Virus record (IMG/VR): IMGVR_UViG_3300032225_001888
Location: 1-53,205 of that record
From: a virus
Taxonomy: Duplodnaviria > Caudoviricetes
Length of the DNA stretch: 53,205 nt
Strand: one strand, 5' to 3'
Shown here: in pieces, positions 1 through 8,125 of the stretch
Position numbering within the stretch: position 1 is the first letter of the stretch
Layout: every line of letters begins with the position of its first letter
The notes under the pieces: model-generated
Seen by the model: the letters and a program-made list of their open reading frames with translations, nothing else
What the model was told of the DNA's origin: nothing
Databases searched by the model: none
Program-made: the position numbers and the translations under genes

Positions 1-123
1 AAACACCTCGCAAGCCTTTAGGCTGGAAGGACCCTAGGTTAATAATGTAGTAGCGTTGTATGCTGCCGAGCTGCCGAGCTGCCGAGCTGCCGAGCTGCCG
101 AGCTGCCGAGCTGCCGAGCTGCC
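1..123. repeat. 123-bp terminal direct repeat, left copy (probably circular assembly overlap)
   Basis: 1-123 is identical to 53083-53205. Confidence 0.95.
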
Positions 124-131
124 GAGCTGCC
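62..131 (+). repeat. Perfect octamer tandem repeat (GCTGCCGA)x8.75
   Basis: Eight full GCTGCCGA units plus GCTGCC read directly. Confidence 0.97.
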
Positions 132-144
132 AATGGCAAGCACT

Positions 145-169
145 AAAAGACCCCCTAAACTTAGGGGGC
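145..169 (-). terminator. Rho-independent terminator closing the early minus-strand unit
   Basis: CCCCCTAA/TTAGGGGG stem followed by TCTTTT on the minus strand, just after the stop at 188. Confidence 0.65.
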
Positions 170-187
170 TGTGAGTGTAGACTATGC

Positions 188-826
188 TCAGCCGCCGTAG
201 TATGGCTCAATAGGCTCGATTTTACAGAGGTAGGGTATACCCTTTATCCGGGCTAAATACCTGCCCTTGTGGTATGTGATAGGAGAGTCTATGTGATCCT
301 CAAGTTCACCGCAAGGGTACGAGGAGTAACCGCTGCTAAGTCTGTCATTCAATGAATCTAAGGCTGCCTGGCAGCCATTATCACGGACCGGACTCACCCA
401 AAATCCTACCGTAGTATCAAACAGACCCGATTCTGCTATGTTGTCGTTATCTTCCATGGCGTAGACTTTGTAGCAATCAATGACAACGAATGCCTCACTG
501 CTATAGAACGGGTCACCGGAGCGGTAGCCGTTCTCCCGGTAAAATATGTCAACTGCCATACTGAACTCCTCTAAATAGGTTGAATGTACAGCATAGTTGT
601 ACCCGCCATTGTGCACGTTGCGCGTCATAAGATTGAAGAGTGAGCACAAGTCGGCGGTCACACTGTCAATAGAGGATGCTGCCATTAGGGCATCATGTAG
701 CAACGGGGGCAAGCTGAACGGCTCACTGTTCATAGCGGCCTCAATGTGGAGTCCCGGCACGATGCGAACACAGTCAAGTGGGCCGCCGATGCCAGCAAGG
801 ACAGAACCGGGAGATGCGGTGGTCAT
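188..826 (-). CDS. Hypothetical acidic early protein (212 aa)
   Basis: ATG ORF co-oriented with neighbours, protein-like composition, terminator downstream. Confidence 0.75.
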   Translation of the reverse strand: MTTASPGSVLAGIGGPLDCVRIVPGLHIEAAMNSEPFSLPPLLHDALMAASSIDSVTADLCSLFNLMTRNVHNGGYNYAVHSTYLEEFSMAVDIFYRENGYRSGDPFYSSEAFVVIDCYKVYAMEDNDNIAESGLFDTTVGFWVSPVRDNGCQAALDSLNDRLSSGYSSYPCGELEDHIDSPITYHKGRYLARIKGIPYLCKIEPIEPYYGG

Positions 827-869
827 TAGATTAGCTACAGTGGTAAGGGGGAATTAAAGCTGAGTGCGC

Positions 870-1715
870 TCAATAGCGATAACCAATGGCAGCACACACT
901 GCCTGCCATAACTTGTGTGGCATGTTGTCGGGGCGATGTACAGACACACTGGCGCCGATTGCGCAGGGTGTGGCGGCTGCGAACCGCCATGGCGACTGCC
1001 AGCTAGGCAAACCATCATCGGAGCCGCTGCTAATGGTGAGCCAACGTGGTTCCCCAGGGTAACAGGATGGGTAGGTGTCATACCACTTGAACGCCTGTAT
1101 AAGGTCTGCGAAACTCCATAAGCATTCGGACGTTTGCTCACTCAGTAGTTTTACTCCATCCGGTTCTAGCCAGCCACACTCTGCATAATCTCCACACTCT
1201 GCGGATTCGTTCGTATGTGTTTCACCCGTAACGCTAAAAAGTGGCGCGTCGGCGAACGATTCTGCGTACAGTCCTATAGAGTCGATCGCCTGCAGGACGC
1301 CAACGATGGCAGCCGAATCATCAGGCAGGCTAAGCGTTTCGTCCAGTTCTGCTGCATCATCACTCAGCCAGAATCCGAAACACGCGCCGTCACCTTCACT
1401 GGAGCCAAAATACGTACCTAGTGGGGCGATAGTATTTAAGGCATCGCATAAAGTCTGACACAGAATCCACTGAAGCTTCTCAGCTGTAACGTTACTCATT
1501 GTCTCGCATCCGTAGCGGCTGCTAATCGCAGCGGCCACATTAAGCAACCGCTGATCTTCGATGCTTAGGTAAGTGTCTAAGGTTTCGCCTCTCATGCTGG
1601 CAATATTGGCTAAGGCATCGCTGAAGGCTACTGCGCAATCAGTAAGGCGTAGGGTCGCGGCACTGACAATCCAAGGGAAGCTAGAGAGCTGCGCCTGTGA
1701 GTAGGTAAAGGTCAT
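870..1715 (-). CDS. Hypothetical phage early protein (281 aa)
   Basis: ATG at 1715 downstream of a sigma70-type promoter; APxGxYFGxxxGDGAxFGFW motif typical of phage hypotheticals. Confidence 0.75.
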   Translation of the reverse strand: MTFTYSQAQLSSFPWIVSAATLRLTDCAVAFSDALANIASMRGETLDTYLSIEDQRLLNVAAAISSRYGCETMSNVTAEKLQWILCQTLCDALNTIAPLGTYFGSSEGDGACFGFWLSDDAAELDETLSLPDDSAAIVGVLQAIDSIGLYAESFADAPLFSVTGETHTNESAECGDYAECGWLEPDGVKLLSEQTSECLWSFADLIQAFKWYDTYPSCYPGEPRWLTISSGSDDGLPSWQSPWRFAAATPCAIGASVSVHRPDNMPHKLWQAVCAAIGYRY

Positions 1716-1757
1716 CAGGATTAATGGGTTAAGGGCGCCGGGTGATCCGGTAAGCAA

Positions 1758-1786
1758 ACAATAACGCCCTTAGGACGGGGTGTCTA
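1758..1786 (-). promoter_or_regulatory. Sigma70-type promoter (TAGACA-N17-TATTGT)
   Basis: Minus-strand -35 at 1781-1786, 17-bp spacer, -10 at 1758-1763. Confidence 0.65.
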
Positions 1787-1787
1787 G

Positions 1788-1801
1788 GGTGCAAATGTAC
1801 T
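1788..1801. promoter_or_regulatory. Cyanobacterial LexA-like box adjacent to the -35
   Basis: AGTACATTTGCACC (minus) is one mismatch from RGTACNNNDGTWCB. Confidence 0.6.
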
Positions 1802-1881
1802 ACTTTTTAGGGCCGCCACACTGCCAGGCCGGTAGCACGGCGGTGCCCCATACATCCCCACCGCTTCACACTTAGTTACCT

Positions 1882-1959
1882 AGTACGGATGCACTGGCGT
1901 ATGGTCGTACTAGAGATCGGGCGTACTACCGTACGGATATACTGGCGTATGAGCGTACT
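1882..1959. promoter_or_regulatory. Array of five 14-bp LexA-like boxes at 16-bp period
   Basis: Units at 1882, 1898, 1914, 1930 and 1946, each with a GTAC half-site and a degenerate second half. Confidence 0.6.
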
Positions 1960-2074
1960 AGCCCCTATTCCCCACTAACCCCATAGGGAATAGAGCCTAC
2001 GGGCCTACGGGCCGAGGCGCCTAGGCGGGCCAGGCGTCAGCTGCAGGGGGGTAAGTTGTGCCGCATAAGCCTTA

Positions 2075-2180
2075 GGGCGTGTAAGTAAAAAGGCTAAGAA
2101 AACCGACCCCCTGTAAGTCCTAAGTCTTTTGGGCGTGTAAGTAAAAAGGCTTAGAAAACCGGCACTCTACAAGTCCTAAG
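2075..2180. repeat. Two 50-bp direct repeats carrying AGAAAACCG-N9-AAGTCC
   Basis: 2075-2124 vs 2131-2180 share GGGCGTGTAAGTAAAAAGGCTWAGAAAACCG and AAGTCCTAAG. Confidence 0.9.
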
Positions 2181-2185
2181 CCCCC

Positions 2186-2216
2186 TTACCGCTTAGCGGG
2201 GAGAGGTAAGCGGTAA
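2186..2216. repeat. 10-bp inverted repeat, possible terminator hairpin
   Basis: TTACCGCTTA ... TAAGCGGTAA just downstream of the 2238 stop. Confidence 0.55.
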
Positions 2217-2237
2217 TCAGGAAGGGGTAGGCGGAAA

Positions 2238-2906
2238 TCAGTATGGCTTACACCGGCTAAGTATCCACCCCGTCACATGCTTAGGGAGGGGCCTAGGTGT
2301 ACCGGTTGTGCATGTTTCGCGTAGGCGTAGGTATTGCCAGCGGTTTTCCTCTGTATGCCAATAGGGGCTTAGGCGGTATTCTGTACCGCTTTTGTGGCGG
2401 GCGTAGAATACTAGGCAACCGCCATCACAACATGTAAGTTGGCGGGGGCTAAGTTGCTCGGCGGTTACGGTGTAGGGCTGCCGGGATGAATACATTACGC
2501 CCGCTTGCCATGCTCCCCTATCGTATTGCTTAGGGCGGGCGCTTAGCGACGCCGTAAGCTCCTGGCTAAGCGTGTAAAGTTGCTTAGCGATTGACTGTAG
2601 AACCTCCCCGTCACTTAGGCCCGCGCAACTTACACGCACACGGGTAAAGCGGTCGCTAATTAAGTTATCCTCCCTTACCCATTCAAAATTGGGAGCTAAC
2701 TCTGTGGGGCGTACTTCTGCGGATACCTCGCTAACTAAGGGGCGTGCCAACGTGTAGTGATTAGGATATTGTTCTGTCTGAATATAGAAGCACCCGGCAT
2801 AAGCGCTTAGGTCGCCATGCCTAGCGGTTACGTGGTAGAGGTTTCGGCAGCCTGAGGCGGTGAGGGGTGGGGCTAGGTGTAAGCGGGCGTCGGTTGGCAG
2901 GGCCAT
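2238..2906 (-). CDS. Hypothetical protein (222 aa)
   Basis: Long ATG ORF in the early operon orientation. Confidence 0.65.
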   Translation of the reverse strand: MALPTDARLHLAPPLTASGCRNLYHVTARHGDLSAYAGCFYIQTEQYPNHYTLARPLVSEVSAEVRPTELAPNFEWVREDNLISDRFTRVRVSCAGLSDGEVLQSIAKQLYTLSQELTASLSARPKQYDRGAWQAGVMYSSRQPYTVTAEQLSPRQLTCCDGGCLVFYARHKSGTEYRLSPYWHTEENRWQYLRLRETCTTGTPRPLPKHVTGWILSRCKPY

Positions 2907-2972
2907 AAGGGGGAGGGGGTAAGCGGGGAGGGGTAAGCGGGGAGGGGGACGGGCGGCGGGGGAGCTAGGGGG

Positions 2973-3713
2973 CTAAGGGGCGAGGGGGCCTAGTGGCGGC
3001 TCTAGCGGCTCCGGCTCAGCTCCGGGCCAGGGGTAGGGCTCGCGGCGCCATTCCTGATCGGGGTGCAGGAGGGGTAGGCCGGTTAGCTCGATTAGGTCAG
3101 CCATGGGAATATCCGCAGGCTTAGGCAGGCGGCAGTCAGGGAGGTAGTCGGAGTGCTCCCATTCGATCGTGCCAGCGGCGCACCAGTCCCAGAACAGGGC
3201 GCTTAGCTTGTCGTCGTGAAGCTCGGTGATTATGTCGTCGGCCCAGTACGGCGGGGCGTCGGCGGGGGCGTATGCTTCTAGGGCGTCAATAAGCAGGGCG
3301 GTAAAGTCGCTTGATACATAATAGATGTAGGCCCGTTCTTCATCTTCCCTCTCAAGATCTGACCAGTCATCTTCATCATACACGCAATAGTCGCTAAGCT
3401 TAGCGGCTATGTCGTCGGCCAGCATTAAACAGGCCTCGTCCGATCGATGGATTAAATACATTTCATACCAGCCGCAAGCCCAGTGGCCTATACGGACGAT
3501 GCCCGTATCTTCGTGCTGGCTCACTGCGTCTAAATCGGCACTAATGCGGCGCCAGTTGCTACGGCTTATGGCGTCGGCAGTGTCGCGGGTTTGATGGATC
3601 GGCGCTAGGTAGAAGGCGCTGAGGTCGGTGCCCACATAATTGGCGGCGCTATCCAAGGAAGAGGCGCCGGAGCCGGGTTGCCAGGCGTCTAAGTGAAAGG
3701 GGGTGTAAGGCAT
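2973..3713 (-). CDS. Conserved acidic phage hypothetical protein (246 aa)
   Basis: RD...SNW, HWACGWYE and DEDDWSDLE motifs typical of a recurrent phage early family. Confidence 0.8.
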   Translation of the reverse strand: MPYTPFHLDAWQPGSGASSLDSAANYVGTDLSAFYLAPIHQTRDTADAISRSNWRRISADLDAVSQHEDTGIVRIGHWACGWYEMYLIHRSDEACLMLADDIAAKLSDYCVYDEDDWSDLEREDEERAYIYYVSSDFTALLIDALEAYAPADAPPYWADDIITELHDDKLSALFWDWCAAGTIEWEHSDYLPDCRLPKPADIPMADLIELTGLPLLHPDQEWRREPYPWPGAEPEPLEPPLGPLAP

Positions 3714-3793
3714 GGCGGGGTAAGGGGCTTAGGGGGTAAGGGGGCTTAGGGGTAAGGGGGCGTAATGGTCATCGCCTCTGGTGGTGGTGGTGA

Positions 3794-4462
3794 TTAGTCG
3801 CGGACTTGCACAGGCATCAGCAGGAATTCAAGCCGGCCGGTGATGCCAGGGATTGCAGAATCGCAGGATGCGGCCACAGGATTGCGCGGGCCGTTAGTTT
3901 CAAACCTAAACACATTGTTAGGGCTGAGTGACTCGACCATCTTTAGAAAGGTGGTGAGATAGGTCGCATTCATTGAAATCGCCTCGCCGGGGGCATTCTT
4001 AAAGCTATGCGGCCACAGCCGGTCACACTCTGGGAAGTTATAGCAGTCTGCTGCATGTTTCCAGGGTTTCGCCTCAATCAGATCGGACGGGGGCAGGGCA
4101 TCGGCTGCGGCAGACTTTGCAACCTTGCCGCCGCGAATCTCAACCACACCGTCAGCACGGATAAAAGCATAGTGGGAGTAGGTAACTTTCTTCTTAAAGG
4201 CATCGGCTGACAGTAGTAGATCCTGGGATAGATAAAATCGCTCGGATTGCTCAAAGACAAACCGAAACAGCATATGACCGTTTGTAGAGTAGATGGCGAT
4301 CTTTGAGCCCTGCCGCTTGCAGGAGATCAGCTGTAATGCCTGCTTGTACTCGTCCCTAGAAACGCACTGCGCCGCGCAATGCAGGATGGCGGGGGGCAGA
4401 CAGGCCAGCAAGGTCGGGCCGTAGGCGTTGATCGTTGCGCTACTGAGTGTGGCGGGGTTCAT
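3794..4462 (-). CDS. DNA polymerase III beta-clamp-like protein, two domains only (222 aa)
   Basis: SxDExKxAL, STNGHML (cf. ATDGHRL), FPxxxRLxP, ISMNATYL and C-terminal LLMPVQVR mirror DnaN domains II-III. Confidence 0.7.
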   Translation of the reverse strand: MNPATLSSATINAYGPTLLACLPPAILHCAAQCVSRDEYKQALQLISCKRQGSKIAIYSTNGHMLFRFVFEQSERFYLSQDLLLSADAFKKKVTYSHYAFIRADGVVEIRGGKVAKSAAADALPPSDLIEAKPWKHAADCYNFPECDRLWPHSFKNAPGEAISMNATYLTTFLKMVESLSPNNVFRFETNGPRNPVAASCDSAIPGITGRLEFLLMPVQVRD

Positions 4463-4507
4463 GGACTTAGGGGGTAAGGGGGCTAAGGGGCGAGGTGGCC
4501 AAGCGGC

Positions 4508-4804
4508 CTAGCGAAACTTCAGATATAGGGCGTACCACGGCTCAAACGCTGGAGCGTTGTAGGCCAGGCAATCAAGTTTAGAGGCGACTATAGCGCGGGT
4601 TAGCTCTAGAAAATCCGCATTAGGCCCGCGCAAGATTAGGCGGCGGTTGCTGTAGTTCGCGCCGATTTTGTACGTTGTGCGTTTGTTTAGGTAACGGAGA
4701 AGGGGCGCATAGGCTAGGGGGTCGGATATAGCCGCCGCTTCAACACCGCCCAACAGAGTAGAGAATTGTTTTGAGTTTAGGTTGTAGTAGTTGGCGGGGA
4801 GCAT
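4508..4804 (-). CDS. Hypothetical protein (98 aa)
   Basis: ATG ORF filling an operon gap. Confidence 0.6.
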   Translation of the reverse strand: MLPANYYNLNSKQFSTLLGGVEAAAISDPLAYAPLLRYLNKRTTYKIGANYSNRRLILRGPNADFLELTRAIVASKLDCLAYNAPAFEPWYALYLKFR

Positions 4805-4878
4805 TGGCGGTTTAGGGATAGTGTAGCTTAGGCCGCTTAGGTGGGGCGGCCTAAGTTTGAAGCGGTAGGGCTTAGGGC

Positions 4879-5340
4879 TTAGGCGTGGGCGGTGCTGTCT
4901 GGTTGGCCGGATGCCTTAGCGATTGCGGCCCGCCTAATGGTAGGGCTATTCAGGGCTTCGATCCAAGAATCCCAAAGTTGCTCCCCGTCGCTGTCGTACC
5001 ATTCGCTTACACCCTGCTCGATAAGAACATATAGGCCAGCGGCGAATGGTCCGCGTGGCCAGTCACCGCTAAGGGACTCAGCGCCAAAATGATCTGTAAG
5101 GGCGGCCAGTGCGGCTTCATGGTGGAAGTAGGCCAGCTCATTAAGTACGGATGTCCAGATTGGCACAGTTATATCAATTAACTGATGGACGGAGCCGGAG
5201 TAGTCCAGATCATTACTAAGGCAGGGGAAATCCGTATCTTCGTTCTCAATAAACCAAACTTCAAGCAGGTCACGCACACCGTCGCAGGCACTTTCGATAA
5301 GTGCGGGGAGGGTGTCGGTAAGGGTTGTAGTGCGGGTCAT
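4879..5340 (-). CDS. Ocr (T7 gp0.3)-like acidic DNA-mimic protein
   Basis: Acidic and helical; VHQLIDITVPIW resembles Ocr IHMAADNAVPHY; ATG at 5340. Confidence 0.5.
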   Translation of the reverse strand: MTRTTTLTDTLPALIESACDGVRDLLEVWFIENEDTDFPCLSNDLDYSGSVHQLIDITVPIWTSVLNELAYFHHEAALAALTDHFGAESLSGDWPRGPFAAGLYVLIEQGVSEWYDSDGEQLWDSWIEALNSPTIRRAAIAKASGQPDSTAHA

Positions 5341-5431
5341 AAGTGATAGGCGGTAAAGGGGCCGGGGGCCTAGCGGACGGAGCGCCGCTTGATTGGAAGC
5401 ATACACGGGTCAGGCAGGCGGGGGCGTGGGC

Positions 5432-5525
5432 GCTTAGCACTTTGTAACACAAGGGCTAAGCGGCCACGCGACCTAGCACGCCCAGCCCCCTAAAGCGTGG
5501 GGGCTTAGCACTTTGTAACACAAGG
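5432..5525. repeat. Two perfect 23-bp direct repeats GCTTAGCACTTTGTAACACAAGG
   Basis: Copies at 5432-5454 and 5503-5525. Confidence 0.9.
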
Positions 5526-5821
5526 CCATGTGGCCAGGCGGCAGGGGCTGAGCGGTCGATTCTCAATAGCGCGGGCTTATTGAGATACGCTGGCGTTGTT
5601 GCTGCTGATTCTCATTAGCGCCTAGGCCCCGGCGGCGTACCACGGCAGGCCGATCGGCTTAGCGACTTATGGGCCAGGGGGCCTGGCCGGCTTAGCCCAC
5701 TTACCCCATCGACTTAGGGGGGTATGTGCTTGGGGGCGGGGCTTAGGGGTGTGGCGGCTACGTGGGGGCGTGCCAGCCCTAAGAGGGGAAGGGGTGTGTA
5801 TTTGGGGGTGTGAAAATGCTA

Positions 5822-5920
5822 AGAAAACCGGACCCTTGCAAGTCCCCAACCAATGTGGCGGCTAGGCGGGCAAGGGGCCAGGCGGCGTGATTGCCTAGAA
5901 AACCGAGTGTGTGCAAGTCC
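5822..5920. repeat. Second pair of AGAAAACCG-N9-AAGTCC motifs
   Basis: Copies at 5822-5845 and 5897-5920. Confidence 0.85.
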
Positions 5921-5969
5921 TAAGTGAGCGTGGCGCCTAGGCGGCTAGGCGGTGAGGTCGCCACGCTGC

Positions 5970-6299
5970 TTAGCTGCCCCACTGCTTAGCCATGGCGGCG
6001 GCGATGCGGTGAATTGGCGCATCTAGGCAGTGCTGCACAAAGGCCAGGGCATCCTCGGTGAGGGCAGGATCACGCTTACCGCGTGTCGTCCAGTGCATCC
6101 CGCTGCTGCTTAGGTAGGTACATGGTGGGTGGGCGATCAGCAAGTCCCAGCCTCCAGCTAGGTGGGGAATTAGGTCGCCTTGGATGTGCGGACCATGGGC
6201 AGAGGTAGGCAGGAGGTCACAGGAAACGGCATCGTGGCCTGCGGCGATGAACGCATCACGTACCACGCCGGAACTCTCGCAAGCAACAAGTACGCGCAT
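5970..6299 (-). pseudogene. Phage C5-cytosine DNA methyltransferase with in-frame internal deletion
   Basis: VLVACExSG, SCDLLP and catalytic HPPC are present; the sequence jumps from RIA to the terminal AMAxQWG and lacks the ENP motif and TRD. Confidence 0.75.
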
Positions 6300-6338
6300 A
6301 AGTTGGAAGGTGTAAGGGGAGGGAGGTGGCGTGGCAGT

Positions 6339-6488
6339 TTAGCTGCCACGTTGCTGCATCTGCTTACAGGCGTCGGCGTTGCCGGCTAAGCAGTCGTGGG
6401 TGGTCATTTTGTCGAGGGCGGCGCTTAGTGCGGCCATTGATAGGAAGGCGGTTGCAAGTAGTAGGAGGGCGGGTTTGATAAGGGGCAT
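6339..6488 (-). CDS. Small membrane protein (49 aa; not in ORF track)
   Basis: MPLIKPALLLLATAFLSMAALSAALDKMTTHDCLAGNADACKQ...; N-terminal hydrophobic helix and DCxAG..AC motif. Confidence 0.6.
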   Translation of the reverse strand: MPLIKPALLLLATAFLSMAALSAALDKMTTHDCLAGNADACKQMQQRGS

Positions 6489-6657
6489 TGGGGTAAGTGG
6501 GCGATGAGGTAAGTGGGCGATGTTGTTGTTGTTGTTGTGTGGTTGCCTAAGTGCCAGGCTGCTTAGCTACCACGCTGCTTAGGGATTCGATTGCCGCACG
6601 CAGGTACTTGTTGGCGGTGCTTACTACGGTGGGCTTGGGATGGCCTGGCGGATCGGA

Positions 6658-6984
6658 TCAGCCATCGCTGGCCTCCGGCTTAGCGGGGAGGGGGAGGGCC
6701 CAGTGGGGGAGCCAGTGGGTATCCCCTTCCAATGTTTCCAAATCAAAGGTCCAGCACGGGCGGATCTCGTGAGGCCCACAGGCTGGCGGCGAAAACCACC
6801 AACACTTCCCCTCCCCATTGCAATCCTCCGGCTGAGGCAGCCGCTCGCTCACTGGCACCGGCACCAGTGCTGGGGCAGGCACCGGCTGGGTGGCTGGTGC
6901 GCCTTCCTCGGCCAGGACCAAAGCCAGTTCAGTGCATAGGGCGCGGTAAATAGTCATACCCATTCCGGTGGTGAGGTTAATCAT
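6658..6984 (-). CDS. DUF551-like cyanophage small protein
   Basis: PVSERLP..EDC..EGKCWW...THWLPHWALP motif; ATGA-coupled to the upstream gene. Confidence 0.75.
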   Translation of the reverse strand: MINLTTGMGMTIYRALCTELALVLAEEGAPATQPVPAPALVPVPVSERLPQPEDCNGEGKCWWFSPPACGPHEIRPCWTFDLETLEGDTHWLPHWALPLPAKPEASDG

Positions 6985-7403
6985 TGGTCGCCCTCAAGCT
7001 CGGCGGCGAGTTCGTGCAAGAACTGACATCCAAAAGCAATTCCATCACGAAATCCAGTGGCGTAATTTTCACCACCCCAATTTTCCTTAGGTACGCAACC
7101 AGCAGCAGACCGCAGGGCGGCAACAAGCGGAGCATTTGTAAACCCAAGTTCCTTGGCAAGGGCAGAAGGCATCCCCACGTTTTTCCAGTAAACATCCAGC
7201 ACCGCCTGCGCGCAGGCGTAAGTCAACGTCAGCTTCTCATCCGTTGGCCCCTTCGGCTCCGGCTGGGCCAGTTCGGCATCAGCCTCGGCCAACAGATCGG
7301 CGCAGACGCCGTAGCGGCCGTACTGCGCACTCAGCGCGGTGGCGAGGCGACGGATCAGGTCGTGGTGCTCTTTATACGGATTGGCGCTGTCGCATTCAGC
7401 CAT
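6981..7403 (-). CDS. Modular cyanophage hypothetical protein
   Basis: LAQPEPKGPTDE, AQAVLD and LAAELEG modules; overlaps both neighbours. Confidence 0.75.
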   Translation of the reverse strand: MAECDSANPYKEHHDLIRRLATALSAQYGRYGVCADLLAEADAELAQPEPKGPTDEKLTLTYACAQAVLDVYWKNVGMPSALAKELGFTNAPLVAALRSAAGCVPKENWGGENYATGFRDGIAFGCQFLHELAAELEGDQ

Positions 7404-7842
7404 CAAACTCCCCCCCCAACTTGTTGATTACTTGCTGTAGCTTCGTGCTCAGATCGAACATAGGTTGTTGCGTTTCTTGTTTAAATACCTTGATAACTGT
7501 TGCAGTGATACCCTGCTCTACAACCCCTTGAATAGAGGCCCTTACTTCCTCTTGGTGCTCAGAAAGCCACTCCGTAATTGTAGTTCTAACCATAGGCTCA
7601 ATACACTCCTTGACAAGTTCTTCAAATCGTGATGGCAGCACTTTGTCGTATCCACTGAATCCACCAACGCGCACTGTTTGTTTCTGAAACAGGCTTTGCT
7701 CAATAGCTTTATCGACCAATGCTTTGGCTTCTTCCGGTGTTAGCAATTCCGATAGGGATTCGCGCACACGTTCAAACATGCGATCTTGAAATGTTGCTGT
7801 TGTAGTCAGGTCGGCCATGGTTGCAGAGTGGTAGGTGTTCAT
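7396..7842 (-). CDS. Hypothetical helical protein (148 aa)
   Basis: Probable start ATG at 7842 (MNTYHSAT), overlapping the stop of the upstream mini-ORF. Confidence 0.7.
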   Translation of the reverse strand: MNTYHSATMADLTTTATFQDRMFERVRESLSELLTPEEAKALVDKAIEQSLFQKQTVRVGGFSGYDKVLPSRFEELVKECIEPMVRTTITEWLSEHQEEVRASIQGVVEQGITATVIKVFKQETQQPMFDLSTKLQQVINKLGGEFDG

Positions 7843-7928
7843 TTTGTTATTCTCCAGATATACAAACAAGCAGGCAAAAGCCAGATCAACTGCATCGCAA
7901 CATCTGCCCATGTGGTGTGGTTGATCAT
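7839..7928 (-). CDS. 29-aa hydrophobic peptide
   Basis: MINHTTWADVAMQLIWLLPACLYIWRITK; ATGA overlaps at both ends. Confidence 0.5.
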   Translation of the reverse strand: MINHTTWADVAMQLIWLLPACLYIWRITK

Positions 7929-8125
7929 GTGGCCTCCAGCTCAGCAGCCAGGCGCTCCAGCTGCTCAGGCCGCACCGCGCTCCACCCGTGGACTGCTGCC
8001 AGGTGACGCAGGAGAGCGGCGATGCACAGCTCCTGCCAGTTGTCGTCAAAGGAACCGCAGTTCTCGTATCGATCATCAAATGCCGCGACCAGCGCCTGCG
8101 CGGCGGGGGAGAGTGACTGGCTCAC
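7925..8125 (-). CDS. Modular hypothetical protein (66 aa)
   Basis: GTG start; LSPAAQAL...LRHLAAVH...LERLAAELE. Confidence 0.65.
   Translation of the reverse strand: MSQSLSPAAQALVAAFDDRYENCGSFDDNWQELCIAALLRHLAAVHGWSAVRPEQLERLAAELEAT

Noticed and set aside
1-123. Biological direct terminal repeat
   Set aside because: Short, ends inside a tandem repeat, and the terminase is cos-type; more likely an assembler overlap, though not excluded without reads.
56-256. ORF with AAELPSCR repeats
   Set aside because: Translation of the octamer tract; antisense to a terminator and a real gene.
1882-2180. Mini-CRISPR array
   Set aside because: Spacers are 2-17 bp, repeats are degenerate and no cas operon is present; the PD-(D/E)XK nuclease lacks the Cas4 Cys cluster.
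2909-4490. Telomere-like TTAGGG repeats
   Set aside because: Units are ~8 bp, degenerate and internal; better explained as G-rich members of the octamer family.
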